A stretch of DNA of 64,000 bases, taken from the NCBI GenBank assembly GCA_963714275.1, contig CAVQNT010000007.1, positions 128,001 to 192,000 on the forward strand. Direction: 5' to 3'. Shown in pieces: positions 20,067 through 30,259 of the stretch. How positions within the stretch are numbered: the stretch's first letter is position 1; the number at the start of each line of letters is the position of its first letter. A program made the translations under genes and the position numbers. The notes under the pieces were generated by a model. That model searched no databases. It was given only the letters and a program-made list of their open reading frames with translations, and was not told the DNA's origin. This stretch comes from Candidatus Bathyarchaeota archaeon. Lineage in GTDB: Archaea > Thermoproteota > Bathyarchaeia > Bathyarchaeales > DTEX01.

Positions 20067-21333
20067 TTATGATTTTTGCTTCACAAATCGAACTTTCTCT
20101 GGTTCCTCACGCATCAATGAGTTTATGGCATTCTCTAAATCTTTCTTCAATGTTGTAAAATCTTTAGTGAGTTTTTCATTGCGTTTTTCTTGAGTTTCCA
20201 GTTTGGTTTGTAATGCCGTTATGTTTTTGTACATCTGTGCCATTTGTTCGGTTACTTCGCTGGGGATTACTGTTTTCTCTACAATCTGCTTTTCTTCGGG
20301 AGTTAAATAGTGTTCTATACTTTGGTATATTTGACGCAATTCCTCTTTTCTTGATTGTCCCTGAAAATAACTTTCTTCCTGTCCCTCTAATTTATGCCCC
20401 ATCATCCAATAAACAACATTACTATTAACATTCTTTCCTTGAAGCACACTATCAAAAAACTTCCTGAAGCAATGTGAACGTATGCGTCCATGTTTACCAT
20501 TCAATTCTAATTGCGCTCGCTTTGCTAATTCCTTATGCATAGCTGTCCATTGAACAGACTGAAAGCGCTGTGTTGTCCCCACCTTGTCCTTGAAAGACAT
20601 ATTGATTTCTGACCGCTTCAATACCATCTCTTTCAATTCGATACCTCAAATCAATGCTCAGCAGTCTAATTCCAAAGGCACCTAAGAATGTGTAACGCTC
20701 TCCTATCTCCCGACCCATAGTTTTCTCTGGCATATATTCAATGCACATTGGAGTTTTCTTGGCTCCTAAATTCTCTAAGTCATATTCGGTTAGGTCGGAC
20801 ACCTTAAACCTCTGCGCATCTCCAACCCTCATGCCCGTTTGAGCAAGCCACACTGTCCTAAGTTTCTCTTTATAGTCTCCCGCATCTACTAAAGCCTTAA
20901 AATCGCTTTCGGATAACGCCACATCCTTGTATTTCCGCTCTTTGCTTTTCCGATATGTAGTGTCTGCTTTTGTCAGTCTCAGTCCAATGTATGAATAGAA
21001 CGACTTGATAATCATCCTTGCAGTGTTGATTGTGCCCGAAGCCAATTCTGACTCAAGGTCAATGAACGTTTTTTGAAATTCTCGCTCACCACTCTTCCGC
21101 CTCAATAGTGCCTCAGACGGTGTCTCTCCTTCCTTTGGTTTGTAGTCGTTAGTCCGTTCTTCTAAAAGCTGTTTTGGAGATTTACCGACTCGCTCACAAT
21201 ATTGAGCCAAATAGATTAGGTAGAGGTCCTTGGTTTTAGTTGATTTTCCTGATAACCATTGCTCCACTAACCTTTTAGTTTCCTCATCATATTGTGCCAA
21301 TATGTCCTTTGTTTTTGTTTTCTTTCCCGTCAT
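20067..21333 (-). CDS. Tyrosine recombinase/integrase (frameshift near 20570)
   Basis: TGMRVGD (R), HCFRKFF (HxxR), MMGH, ESYF (Y); C-terminal coiled coil. Confidence 0.9.
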
Positions 21334-21542
21334 TCCTTTCCTATCTCTTTCTGATTTGTTATCCTATCCTCCTCAATTTTATTATCTCGTTGGAGATATT
21401 TAAATATATTTATTACTTTTCTTATCTTTATAAATATAAATATTTCTGAAAATCGCAACGAAAACCGTGTTAAAATGGGTTTTTGCGTCAGTCTTGCGTA
21501 AGATTTAATATGGCTTTCTCGTATCCAATTTAGGAATCTGGG

Positions 21543-22205
21543 TTGCCTGACAAGAATCTGGAACTGAAAGACACTATGATCCTGTTTGACAGGGATTTAG
21601 GAGTGTCCATCTTCCAGAACTTTAAAGGCTACAACGACCTTGCGGATGACGCTGAATGGCTGCTGGAGAGAACCTCGCAGAAGTCCAGGGGATTCATCAT
21701 TCGCCCAGTACGAAAAGAAAATCACGATGGCCTATGGATAGGCGAATACGACTACAGGGGAAACCAAATTAACCGTCAAGAGTTCCTCTTTGATTCTGAA
21801 GCCTCAACCTTATGTTTGATGATAAAGAATTATGTTCTGCACAAGGTTTCAGAAAAGAGGCTTCTGGAAAAACTCAGCATCGAGGGTCTCAGAAAAACGC
21901 TGAAAAGCACGATTGTCCAGGACTTCAGGTTCTATGTCTGTCCCGCCAACCGCTTTTACCGCTCATGTGTTCAGGTCGACAAAATTTTTGATGAGCTCGT
22001 AAAGAAATACGGCAAAGGCAAAAAGGTTCACTACTCCGACGTGGCAAAAGAAATCGAGAAAGCAAAGCCTTGCGAAGATGTCGTTGTGTGTCCGCTTGTG
22101 GTCCCAAACCTTTTTGAAAGGGTCCTGAACCTCAACAACGCGCTTAGAATCAGAAAACTTGGAGAAATCAGGTTCACAAGCTCGGATAATGTGGAAATAT
22201 TGTAA
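21543..22205 (+). CDS. Hypothetical protein
   Basis: 220-aa ORF with upstream TATA-like sequence. Confidence 0.7.
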   Translation: MPDKNLELKDTMILFDRDLGVSIFQNFKGYNDLADDAEWLLERTSQKSRGFIIRPVRKENHDGLWIGEYDYRGNQINRQEFLFDSEASTLCLMIKNYVLHKVSEKRLLEKLSIEGLRKTLKSTIVQDFRFYVCPANRFYRSCVQVDKIFDELVKKYGKGKKVHYSDVAKEIEKAKPCEDVVVCPLVVPNLFERVLNLNNALRIRKLGEIRFTSSDNVEIL

Positions 22206-22223
22206 GAAGGCAGAATTATATAA

Positions 22224-22709
22224 TCATTTTTGGGTTTCAGGTTTCACTAAAGCCTTCGCATCCAACAGTTTTCGGTTAATTTTTAGCCAGTGGCTGCCAT
22301 GCCAGTAGATTTTCCCACAATCGATGCATTTCCAGAAGTCGTTGTGGAGACGCGACGTAGCCTGCGGAACCTTGTCATTGATCTCGTCCTTCGGAACTGG
22401 TTCTAGCCCAGCGTTGCATTTTGGGCATCTTGAATTGGTAGCGTCTATTTCGAGTTTTATGCAAAACTGTTGCGTAACTTCAGCGAGCTTTTCAGTTTCC
22501 GTTCGACTTCTAACGAGATACGCTTGAATACCGTTTATTATTGCCCGCCTGTAAAGTTGAACATCACGCGTCAAAAGGATACGGTTTTCTTCTGCTGCAA
22601 TTTTGATTAGTTCATCATCATTCAAGTCATTCTGGTATTTCACGTCGCAGCCCAGCATTCTCAGCCAACGGGTCAGCTTTCCGAGCATACCGTCCGCCAA
22701 AAAATTCAA
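22224..22709 (-). CDS. Mut7-C RNase (DUF82) PIN-like protein
   Basis: FLADGMLGKLTRWLRMLG, LLTRD, RCPKCN, CGKIYWHGSH. Confidence 0.92.
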   Translation of the reverse strand: MNFLADGMLGKLTRWLRMLGCDVKYQNDLNDDELIKIAAEENRILLTRDVQLYRRAIINGIQAYLVRSRTETEKLAEVTQQFCIKLEIDATNSRCPKCNAGLEPVPKDEINDKVPQATSRLHNDFWKCIDCGKIYWHGSHWLKINRKLLDAKALVKPETQK

Positions 22710-22723
22710 TGTGACGCCGTCCT

Positions 22724-24058
22724 TTATCGGAGTATTTGTCCTTGTCCTGGGCTTGCTGTGATTTCGCCGTTGTCCATGACTAAGTGTCCATTAACAAAGG
22801 TCTTGACTGGTTTTCCCTTCACTTTCCATCCGTCGAACGGAGAGAATTTGGCTTTAGAGAAAAATCGTGAGGAGTCAATCTTCCATTCGTTCTTCAAGTC
22901 GACCACCACAAAATCAGCTGAACATCCCTCTTTCAGTTCACCCTTGTCTTTTATGCCAAAAATCTTCGCGGGTCTTTCAGAGGTCATCTGAACCAGTTTT
23001 TGTAGAGACAACAAGCCTTTGTTGACTTGGGTCAGCATAAGCGGAAGCAACGTTTCTAAGCCTGCGATGCCTGGAGCAACTTGCCAGATTTCGGCTTTTT
23101 GCTTATCATTTATTCCATGTGGAGCATGGTCCGATGCTATAATGTCGATTACGCCATCCTTAAGATTGGATTGAAGCGAATGGATGTCACTGTTGGACCT
23201 TAATGGAGGATTAGTCAGACCGATCGGACCGAGTTTTTTCATGTCGCTGGACGACAATAGAAGATGGTGGGGAGTAACCTCGCATGTTACTGGTAAACCT
23301 GTTTGCTTAGCTATTTTTATTGATTTAAGGCTTTTTGCTGTGCTAACGTGACAGAAATGAATCCTAGCCCCACTTTTTCGGGTTATTTCTACTGCTCGGT
23401 TTGTTGCTTTCAACTCAATGTCTGGCGAGTGAACCTTAAGGTAGGCTTCGACGCTGTTGTCTTTTTTTTCCTTCATCTCTGAATAAGCCGATTCAATAAG
23501 CTGTCTTTCTTCAGCGTGAATGCACACAGGAACATTCATTTTCTGGATTTCAAAGAATGCCTTTGTTAAGGCTTCATTGTCGTCTGCATCTATTCCGCCA
23601 ATCATTTGTGACATGTACAGCTTGAACGCCTTGGCTCCTTCACGAACAATGTTTTTAATTTCCTCAACGTTATTTGGGAACGCGGATAAAAAGCCGACAT
23701 TGACAATTGCCTTCTTTTCCGCGATGCTCATGCGTTCGCGAAGCGTAGACACATCCATCGTTACTGGCTTGTTGTTTGGCATATCTAAGACGCAAGTTAC
23801 GCCGCCATTTGCTGCTGCAGTTGTTCCTGTGAGGAAATCCTCTTTGTATGCTTGCTCTTGGTCTCTCAGGTGAACATGAGCGTCGATAATTCCGGGTAGG
23901 ACGATTAAACCTTTCACATCAATCTCTTGGGAAGCATTAGGCAGATTGGTTTCCTTTGAAATTTTTATTATGTTGCCTGATTCTACCGCAATGCCTGCCT
24001 TAACGATTTTCCCGTTTTGAAGCAGCTTTGCGTTTTTTATGTTCAAGTCGACTGGCAA
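22724..24058 (-). CDS. pyrC: Dihydroorotase
   Basis: DAHVHLRD, DMPNN, NPPLR, ASDHAPH, SPFDG. Confidence 0.92.
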   Translation of the reverse strand: MPVDLNIKNAKLLQNGKIVKAGIAVESGNIIKISKETNLPNASQEIDVKGLIVLPGIIDAHVHLRDQEQAYKEDFLTGTTAAANGGVTCVLDMPNNKPVTMDVSTLRERMSIAEKKAIVNVGFLSAFPNNVEEIKNIVREGAKAFKLYMSQMIGGIDADDNEALTKAFFEIQKMNVPVCIHAEERQLIESAYSEMKEKKDNSVEAYLKVHSPDIELKATNRAVEITRKSGARIHFCHVSTAKSLKSIKIAKQTGLPVTCEVTPHHLLLSSSDMKKLGPIGLTNPPLRSNSDIHSLQSNLKDGVIDIIASDHAPHGINDKQKAEIWQVAPGIAGLETLLPLMLTQVNKGLLSLQKLVQMTSERPAKIFGIKDKGELKEGCSADFVVVDLKNEWKIDSSRFFSKAKFSPFDGWKVKGKPVKTFVNGHLVMDNGEITASPGQGQILR

Positions 24059-24165
24059 CAGGCTTTACGCTCAAAATAGAATATTGTGTTTTAACTAAAT
24101 AAATCAAACCCGAAAATATGGTCTGGCTTAAAAGAAACTGAATGAAATGATGAAATTGATTTTTC

Positions 24166-24747
24166 TTAGTATTCAGAGTGAGCTGCTTCTGTTCGGCATT
24201 CTTCGCAGAGGAAGCTGCCTTCGAACTCTTTCAGGTTGTCAGACCATACTTCGCAGTTGTCGCAGTATCCTGTTGTGGGCGGAGTTTCCTCCGCTTCGGT
24301 CATGTTCTGGTTTTCTATACGTGCCTGTTCTTGAATTATTTCGATCAGTTCAGGCGTCACTGCGAGGATGTCTTTGCTAGAGATTATGCCTGCTAGGTTG
24401 CCCTTATGCATGACTGCCAGTCTTCGGACGTTGTTTCGGTTCATCCTTCGAGCTGCTTCGCTTATCGTCTGGTCGGAGTCTATTGTAATGACTGGAGCGC
24501 TCATGATTTCCTTTGCAGCTATTTTACTTGGTTGTTTGTCTTTTGCCACGACCCTTTTGACTATGTCAGTTTCGGTTATGATGCCGATGGGTTTCTCGTC
24601 CGCTGTGCTCACAATGATGCAGCCAATCTCGTGTTTATCCATCAATTGGGCAACATTGCTAACGGGTTTTTCCCAAGTGACGGAAACAACTTGACTAGTC
24701 ATAACGTCCTTAACGAGCATTCGAGACCTAATCTCTAAAGCAGCCAA
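24166..24747 (-). CDS. CBS-domain protein with C-terminal Zn finger
   Basis: VKDVMT, GIITETDI; CDNC...CEEC. Confidence 0.9.
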   Translation of the reverse strand: MAALEIRSRMLVKDVMTSQVVSVTWEKPVSNVAQLMDKHEIGCIIVSTADEKPIGIITETDIVKRVVAKDKQPSKIAAKEIMSAPVITIDSDQTISEAARRMNRNNVRRLAVMHKGNLAGIISSKDILAVTPELIEIIQEQARIENQNMTEAEETPPTTGYCDNCEVWSDNLKEFEGSFLCEECRTEAAHSEY

Positions 24748-24928
24748 GGTTGTTTTACTCCTTTTTAGACATAATTGTTGAGTTTTCTTTTTAAGCCGTT
24801 ATTTTCCGTCAGGCTCATTTACAAAGAAGGCCCGTATATAACCATTATGGAATCAATGAATCTTCCTGTATATGGCTAGCTAGTGGTCAGAAAGCTAGCT
24901 AACAACAGGCAACCAAGTTTTCATTGCG

Positions 24929-25726
24929 TTATGGGCTTTTTATTATGTTTTTTAGTTGTTTTGCGCTTTTAGCGACTTCTTTGTCCAGTTTTTCGCATGA
25001 AATCTGTCTACTTATGGCTTCGTTTACGAGGTAACCGTCAAACCCTAGCCCCTTAACAGCTTTTATTACATCCGCGACGTTGATGTTCATTTTCTGGTGC
25101 ATCTCCTCATTGGACGGGTCAACGAGGTGCACGAGCTTAATCTTGCCTTCAACCCTCTTCATGTGGTCCATAAGCAGCTCAGTTTTGGGTCTCGCGTTAA
25201 CGTTTTCAACCTCTAAGCATACGCCAACATTCTTTGACCCGACTTCTTCCAAAAATTTTAGAATGCTGTCTGTGTCTGGATATCCGATGTTCATGAACTC
25301 CATCGCGATTTGAATGTCACAGTCCTCTGCGCACGAACCGACTTCTCTATAGAGGTCCACGGTCTTTTTCCATTCTTCCTCACCTTTCGGAGCAGATCCG
25401 CACATGACGACCTTCGCACCAAAGTAAGAAGCAACCTCAACCGACATCTCAAGCTGGTCAAGAAAACTTATTCCCGGCGGCAACGGCCAAGCGGTCGGAG
25501 TCGTAAAACTGGACACCTCGAGACCTAGGGACTCCACCAAGTTCTTAATGTTTTTCTTATCTTCTTTAGTCAAGCCTAAGGGCCAGAATTCTCTGACTTT
25601 TTCGCAGAAATCAACAGCGTCGTATCCGCTTGCCGCCACCCTTTTGATTATAGGATATAAGGAGTCGCTTAGCGTTTTTGTGGGATAACAACTCCAGTAA
25701 ACACGGGTCATAATCGTGGACTTCAA
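24929..25726 (-). CDS. Sugar phosphate isomerase/epimerase (TIM barrel)
   Basis: GYDAVD, IAMEF, NVGVCLE, VHLVD, GFDGYLVNE. Confidence 0.8.
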   Translation of the reverse strand: MKSTIMTRVYWSCYPTKTLSDSLYPIIKRVAASGYDAVDFCEKVREFWPLGLTKEDKKNIKNLVESLGLEVSSFTTPTAWPLPPGISFLDQLEMSVEVASYFGAKVVMCGSAPKGEEEWKKTVDLYREVGSCAEDCDIQIAMEFMNIGYPDTDSILKFLEEVGSKNVGVCLEVENVNARPKTELLMDHMKRVEGKIKLVHLVDPSNEEMHQKMNINVADVIKAVKGLGFDGYLVNEAISRQISCEKLDKEVAKSAKQLKNIIKSP

Positions 25727-25881
25727 CTTTCAGTCACATCCTCTTCATTTTTTATGTAATGTTTTATTAACCTTAAAAGATTGCCATGTTATACTTGATA
25801 ATTCCTCAGTTTTTTCAACCCTGCAATACAGCGTCATTTTCAGCCTTCAGCAAACAAAACGGGTTTCAACTGGAACAGCGT

Positions 25882-28140
25882 CTAACCATCCACAAGAAAA
25901 GGGGAAAGAATGTTATTCAGGGCGTCGTTCATAAGCGTGAGGTACCTTTCCGTGTCATAGCGGACGCTTTCGCCCATCAGCTGCGCCGCGACGACTCGTC
26001 TTTCTGGGCGTTTGTTGTCAGCGTCCAAGATAACGTATTTCACGATTTGGCCTGCGGCAACGTCTAAACCGCGCCTCTGAAGCTGCCTCGCAGCCACGGC
26101 TTGCTGCACGTTTCCAGCGTACTCATCAGGATTTTTGGATATCCGCTTGCTTAAGGCAAGGTCCTCTAAACCGACTTCTTTGTTCAGGATTTTGTTGGCG
26201 TATTTTCTGTAAACACGTAAAGCCTCGGAGATTCTCTGCATGAATTCTTCAGAGTTCTTTGCTTTCGCTAACTCTTGGATAATCTCGTCTTGGCAGCGGC
26301 TGACGACGCTCGGGGTGTCTCCTCGGCGTAGTTCTATGCCTCGGGCTTTAATTTTTCCGTCGTTAAAGACGCCGTAGAACCTGTTCAGCACGGGAACTCC
26401 GAAGTGGGTTTTCGAGGGCAAAAAGACTATCCACCGGTACCGCCCCTCGTAAGATATTGATAAACCTGTTTTTTCGGTGATTTCCCGGCACAGTTCCGTG
26501 AAGTCCGCGTCAGATGCGTTTTCCTTTTTTAGGTAAAGCGAGTCAACGATGCTGTGCACGATTTCGAAGCCCCTCTGCTCCGCTAACTGCGCAGTGTCCA
26601 GCAAGGTTTTACGGGCGAAGGCGCAGGCGGCGTTGAACGCGTCCACCTTGCCGAATCGTGCGTTCCTGTATCCCATGTAGCCGAAGCATGTGCACAGAAT
26701 GATTTTGTAGGCTGCCTGCCGTTGGTCGTGCTTCTTTTTTTCTTCGGGGCTGCTTGTTTTGTCCCTCATCATCTTGTAGTACGCCCGTTTCTTAAGCATC
26801 AATTCCAGAACCTTCGGGATGATTCCTACCCGTTTCTCGCATATGTTGTATCCGAGCTCAGGCACGCGGTTCCTCGAGTCTGGGCAGCACTCGCAGCCTA
26901 TGGTTTCGGGGCTGATGTTCTTCTTCAGCATAAGCGTGGGGTACATGCTTGAAAAGTCGATTTCGCCCACGTTGTCGTGGATGCCGAGTTTGGGTTCAAA
27001 GTAGAATCCGCCTCGGTCAGCCGTCAGCAGGTCCCGGGCGTTCTTGAAGTTTTCAGGTTCGCTTTTCTTCCAGGGAACCAGAACGTCGTCTTTGTGGGCT
27101 TGGTAGAGCTGAACTGACTTCATGCTGGTTCCGATGGTCACTCTGGAGGCGCTGTGAAGCGGTATTCGGCACGTTCTGGCAATTTCGACGAGTCCTTCCA
27201 GACCGTAACGTGCGTAGAAGCCTGAGTTTTCGAGGTCGATGTGCAGCCTTCCGAGAAGCCTCTGCGGCGCAGCGCGGTAGTAGACGCGCCCGTACGAAAA
27301 ATACGTTGTTCCCTTCTTCTGTACGAATTCAAGGCCTGCCTTTTCGCGCCCCAGCTCCGACTCCCGTAACACGCCGTTTTTGAGCGCCCTCCTCGCCAAG
27401 TACGTGAACAGAAAAGTGTCTCCGCCTTCCGAAAGGACGATGTCAGGGTCATGCTCCCGAATCGTTTTCACGAGCGCCAAGATTTTTTCTCCTTCATCAG
27501 AAGAATTGATGGTTGCCTGTTCGCCGTCGGTTTCCACCAGAAGCTCAGCAATTGGGTCCTCGAAGGTTGGGAGGGCGCCTTCGCTGGCAATCTTGGCTGA
27601 GAGCTTAACGGTTTTCAGACGCGGAATCCTGTAATCCACGCTTTCCGTGGAGTCCATCAGCTTCCAGGAGACGTTGCCTTTTTCCGCTTTAGCTTCCACA
27701 AGGGCGAAGGGGAAGAGGTCTTTTTCGTACAGGTACATTTGTGGAAGAGGAGTGTCCACGTTCCAAAGCCTGTATTTCTTGTAGTCGCCCAGCCTCCACA
27801 CAATGCCCGTTAGGAACCTTAGGCTGGCTGCGTCTGGAACCGTTATCCTAAGCACTTTTGTCCGTTCGCTGTCTTGGAGTCCAACGAACTTTTCCACGAA
27901 CTCGCATTCAGCCGCAACCTCGTTCTTGGGCAGATACCAAGTTAACTTTAGCAGGTCTTCTTCGGTTGGCGCAGAAACGTAAAAGTACGGTTTCCACTTG
28001 TCCACGATTTTTAGGCATTGGCCTTTTTCGGTTTTGATCCAGACTGCCATCTCTCCCGTTTTTTCTGGGTAAAGGTCCAGTATCCAGCCTTTGACTGATC
28101 CGTCATTGCTGGGGCTGAAGGGTTGACTTGAATCTTTCAA
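25882..28140 (-). CDS. polB2: Family B DNA polymerase, PolB2 group
   Basis: EIDFSSMYP, KIIL...FGYMG, degenerate motif C HSIVDSLY; operon with arCOG07300 and a RadA-like gene. Confidence 0.9.
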   Translation of the reverse strand: MKDSSQPFSPSNDGSVKGWILDLYPEKTGEMAVWIKTEKGQCLKIVDKWKPYFYVSAPTEEDLLKLTWYLPKNEVAAECEFVEKFVGLQDSERTKVLRITVPDAASLRFLTGIVWRLGDYKKYRLWNVDTPLPQMYLYEKDLFPFALVEAKAEKGNVSWKLMDSTESVDYRIPRLKTVKLSAKIASEGALPTFEDPIAELLVETDGEQATINSSDEGEKILALVKTIREHDPDIVLSEGGDTFLFTYLARRALKNGVLRESELGREKAGLEFVQKKGTTYFSYGRVYYRAAPQRLLGRLHIDLENSGFYARYGLEGLVEIARTCRIPLHSASRVTIGTSMKSVQLYQAHKDDVLVPWKKSEPENFKNARDLLTADRGGFYFEPKLGIHDNVGEIDFSSMYPTLMLKKNISPETIGCECCPDSRNRVPELGYNICEKRVGIIPKVLELMLKKRAYYKMMRDKTSSPEEKKKHDQRQAAYKIILCTCFGYMGYRNARFGKVDAFNAACAFARKTLLDTAQLAEQRGFEIVHSIVDSLYLKKENASDADFTELCREITEKTGLSISYEGRYRWIVFLPSKTHFGVPVLNRFYGVFNDGKIKARGIELRRGDTPSVVSRCQDEIIQELAKAKNSEEFMQRISEALRVYRKYANKILNKEVGLEDLALSKRISKNPDEYAGNVQQAVAARQLQRRGLDVAAGQIVKYVILDADNKRPERRVVAAQLMGESVRYDTERYLTLMNDALNNILSPFLVDG

Positions 28141-28375
28141 GGGCGGCTTTGAACTCCTTCAGGTTTTTTTGGTGGCTGAGAAGGATGGACATGAACATGG
28201 CTTCGGTTATGACAGGTCTGGTGGCGGCTCCAGCGGCTGAGGCGTAGCTTCTGCAGGCGTTCATCAGTTCCTCAAACGCGTCCCTGTCTTCTTTGCGGAG
28301 CGCCTTCAGGAAGGCTTCCCACTTCTGGATTTCTCTTTCTAGGATCATGCGGTAAGAAGGGATGGTTCTGCCCAA
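28103..28375 (-). CDS. PolB2-associated small protein (arCOG07300-like)
   Basis: MGRTIPSYR...FLKALRKEDRDAF signature; position directly upstream of polB2. Confidence 0.85.
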   Translation of the reverse strand: MGRTIPSYRMILEREIQKWEAFLKALRKEDRDAFEELMNACRSYASAAGAATRPVITEAMFMSILLSHQKNLKEFKAALERFKSTLQPQQ

Positions 28376-28378
28376 CGC

Positions 28379-29125
28379 TTAAACCTCCATGAACTCTTCC
28401 AGCAGAAACTGGTTCTTCGGCTCGTCGAAAAGCAGTTCAACGGACACGGCGGGTTTAGACGGATGTTTCTCCAGCGTTAACTTTACGTGCGGGTTTCCTT
28501 CCTCAATCTTGGCTGCGACGTCGGACCGTCCGAGAAGGTACTGTTCAAGCAGCCGCTTCCGCCAGTTCGCGGAGGAAAAAGAGGTGACCACCAGAAGAAG
28601 GTTCCTTTCTCTTGCCAGGTTCCAGAGGAAACAGACGACGCGGTTAAACGTTCTCTTCGCCTCGAACAATCCAATGTCAGAGTCGCAGTACAGGGCGGCG
28701 ACGTCCGAAACCACGACGAGTTTCGGCTTCATCCGGTTGAGGATTTCGGGAAGTTTCTCAGCTATCAGGGCGGTGAGCTGGTAGCTCGTGAACGCTCTGG
28801 AAACCCAGATGTTTTTCAGGGTTTCCTCGGGGTCCAGCCCCAGCAGACGCGCGTTTTCAGAGATTAGATACGGGTCGAAGCGGTTGCAGCCGTCGATGAA
28901 GACCGCGGACGAGCCTAACCCGCCTTCAACGTTGGGAAGCTGGCTTCGGACGCACAGCAGCTCCGAGAGGACGTGGCACATTTGTGAGCCGTGTAAGACG
29001 GCGAGTTCTCCCATTTTCAGTCGCCCGAAAAGTTTGTCTATGATTTCGACGCCGAAGGTTAAGGACTCCGCGCCATGGACGGCTGTTTGGTGAACGCCCG
29101 TGAATGGTATGTTGAGCTTCAGCAT
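28379..29125 (-). CDS. RadA/RecA-like inactivated ATPase
   Basis: VFIDGCNRFDPY and SRAFTSYQL; Walker A degenerate. Confidence 0.85.
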   Translation of the reverse strand: MLKLNIPFTGVHQTAVHGAESLTFGVEIIDKLFGRLKMGELAVLHGSQMCHVLSELLCVRSQLPNVEGGLGSSAVFIDGCNRFDPYLISENARLLGLDPEETLKNIWVSRAFTSYQLTALIAEKLPEILNRMKPKLVVVSDVAALYCDSDIGLFEAKRTFNRVVCFLWNLARERNLLLVVTSFSSANWRKRLLEQYLLGRSDVAAKIEEGNPHVKLTLEKHPSKPAVSVELLFDEPKNQFLLEEFMEV

Positions 29126-29229
29126 ATCTTCTTCCTTCTGGGGGATGGGGAAATCTAGCGTGCACCTAGCTCGGCAAAAAACGTATTTAAAAGGTCTGTG
29201 CGCACAAGGGGAGAGGGGGATGCAGACGG

Positions 29230-30189
29230 TTAGAGCCTGTCTTCCTCTAGGTTAACTAAGACTTCCTCTATGTTTCTGAACATTTGGTTTGGCAGTTTTT
29301 CTAGCAATGTTGAGGCGTGAACCCGCTTTTTCTGTGTCAGGTCTATGATTTTCCAGCCTTGCTTGTTTACGAGCTCCTCTTTTGTTGCTGGAAACTCTGC
29401 GTCTTCCAGCAAGACTTTTCTAAGAGACTGTTGTCCCGTTGCTCCGGTTGCTGTTGTGAATTGTCCCGTTTCTTTGAAGACTCTGAATCGGGATGCGTCT
29501 TTATACATTTTGACGTTGTGGAACGACACGACGACCGTTGAGGAGATGCTCTTAGCGATTTTCTGGTCGATCTCGCCCAGTTCCTCGTCAGTAAACTGGT
29601 AGACGTTGTGTTGTCCTTTACCGAAAACCCGCGTATATAGAATGTCAGACTCAAAAGCTGGGTTCTCCCTCGAAAGGTCAACGCTGTGAACTATGCCTTG
29701 GTCGCTCATCAATTCGATCAGGTCTCGCGGAATGTTTTCACCTTCATTTTGCCTGACTTCCCAAACAAGCTTGGTTCCTTGATGATTTACGCTGTTCAGA
29801 AAGTTTTTTACAGCATCTATCTTTTTGGTGCTGAAACGGGTTCTGGCTGGAGTCTCCAACACTAAAAACTTTGCCTTTAATACTTCGCAGACTTCGGTCA
29901 TGACGTTGAAGGTTTTTATGGCTTCTTCGGTTGGCTCCATCTCGTAAGTATGTGTTACGTCCTTGTGGCAACGGATAGCAAACTCGAAATCGCGCGGAAC
30001 CCTTTCTCTCCAAGATTCAACTAGTTCAGCGCTTGGAACCTTGTAGAATGTTGAGTTTACCTCGACGAAGTTGAAGGCTCTCGCGTACGCCTCTAACGAT
30101 TTTAAGCCGGGAATCTGGAAGTAAGCCCATCCGCCGGTGCCTATGAGGAGTTCCGCAATCTTCTCGTCACTGTTAATTACGTGCAACAA
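29230..30189 (-). CDS. DUF72 protein with C-terminal extension
   Basis: IGTGGWAY, FVEVNSTFY, VWEVR. Confidence 0.85.
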   Translation of the reverse strand: MLHVINSDEKIAELLIGTGGWAYFQIPGLKSLEAYARAFNFVEVNSTFYKVPSAELVESWRERVPRDFEFAIRCHKDVTHTYEMEPTEEAIKTFNVMTEVCEVLKAKFLVLETPARTRFSTKKIDAVKNFLNSVNHQGTKLVWEVRQNEGENIPRDLIELMSDQGIVHSVDLSRENPAFESDILYTRVFGKGQHNVYQFTDEELGEIDQKIAKSISSTVVVSFHNVKMYKDASRFRVFKETGQFTTATGATGQQSLRKVLLEDAEFPATKEELVNKQGWKIIDLTQKKRVHASTLLEKLPNQMFRNIEEVLVNLEEDRL

Positions 30190-30259
30190 ATATTTTTCCC
30201 TAAAATATTAAAGCAATGTTTCATTTAAATCATATAAGTATATTCAGGAGTGAAAGGGC

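Noticed and set aside
25882-28140. PolB as the casposon polymerase
   Set aside because: It lies 6 kb outside the inverted ends, beyond housekeeping genes, and has the cellular PolB2 motif and operon context.
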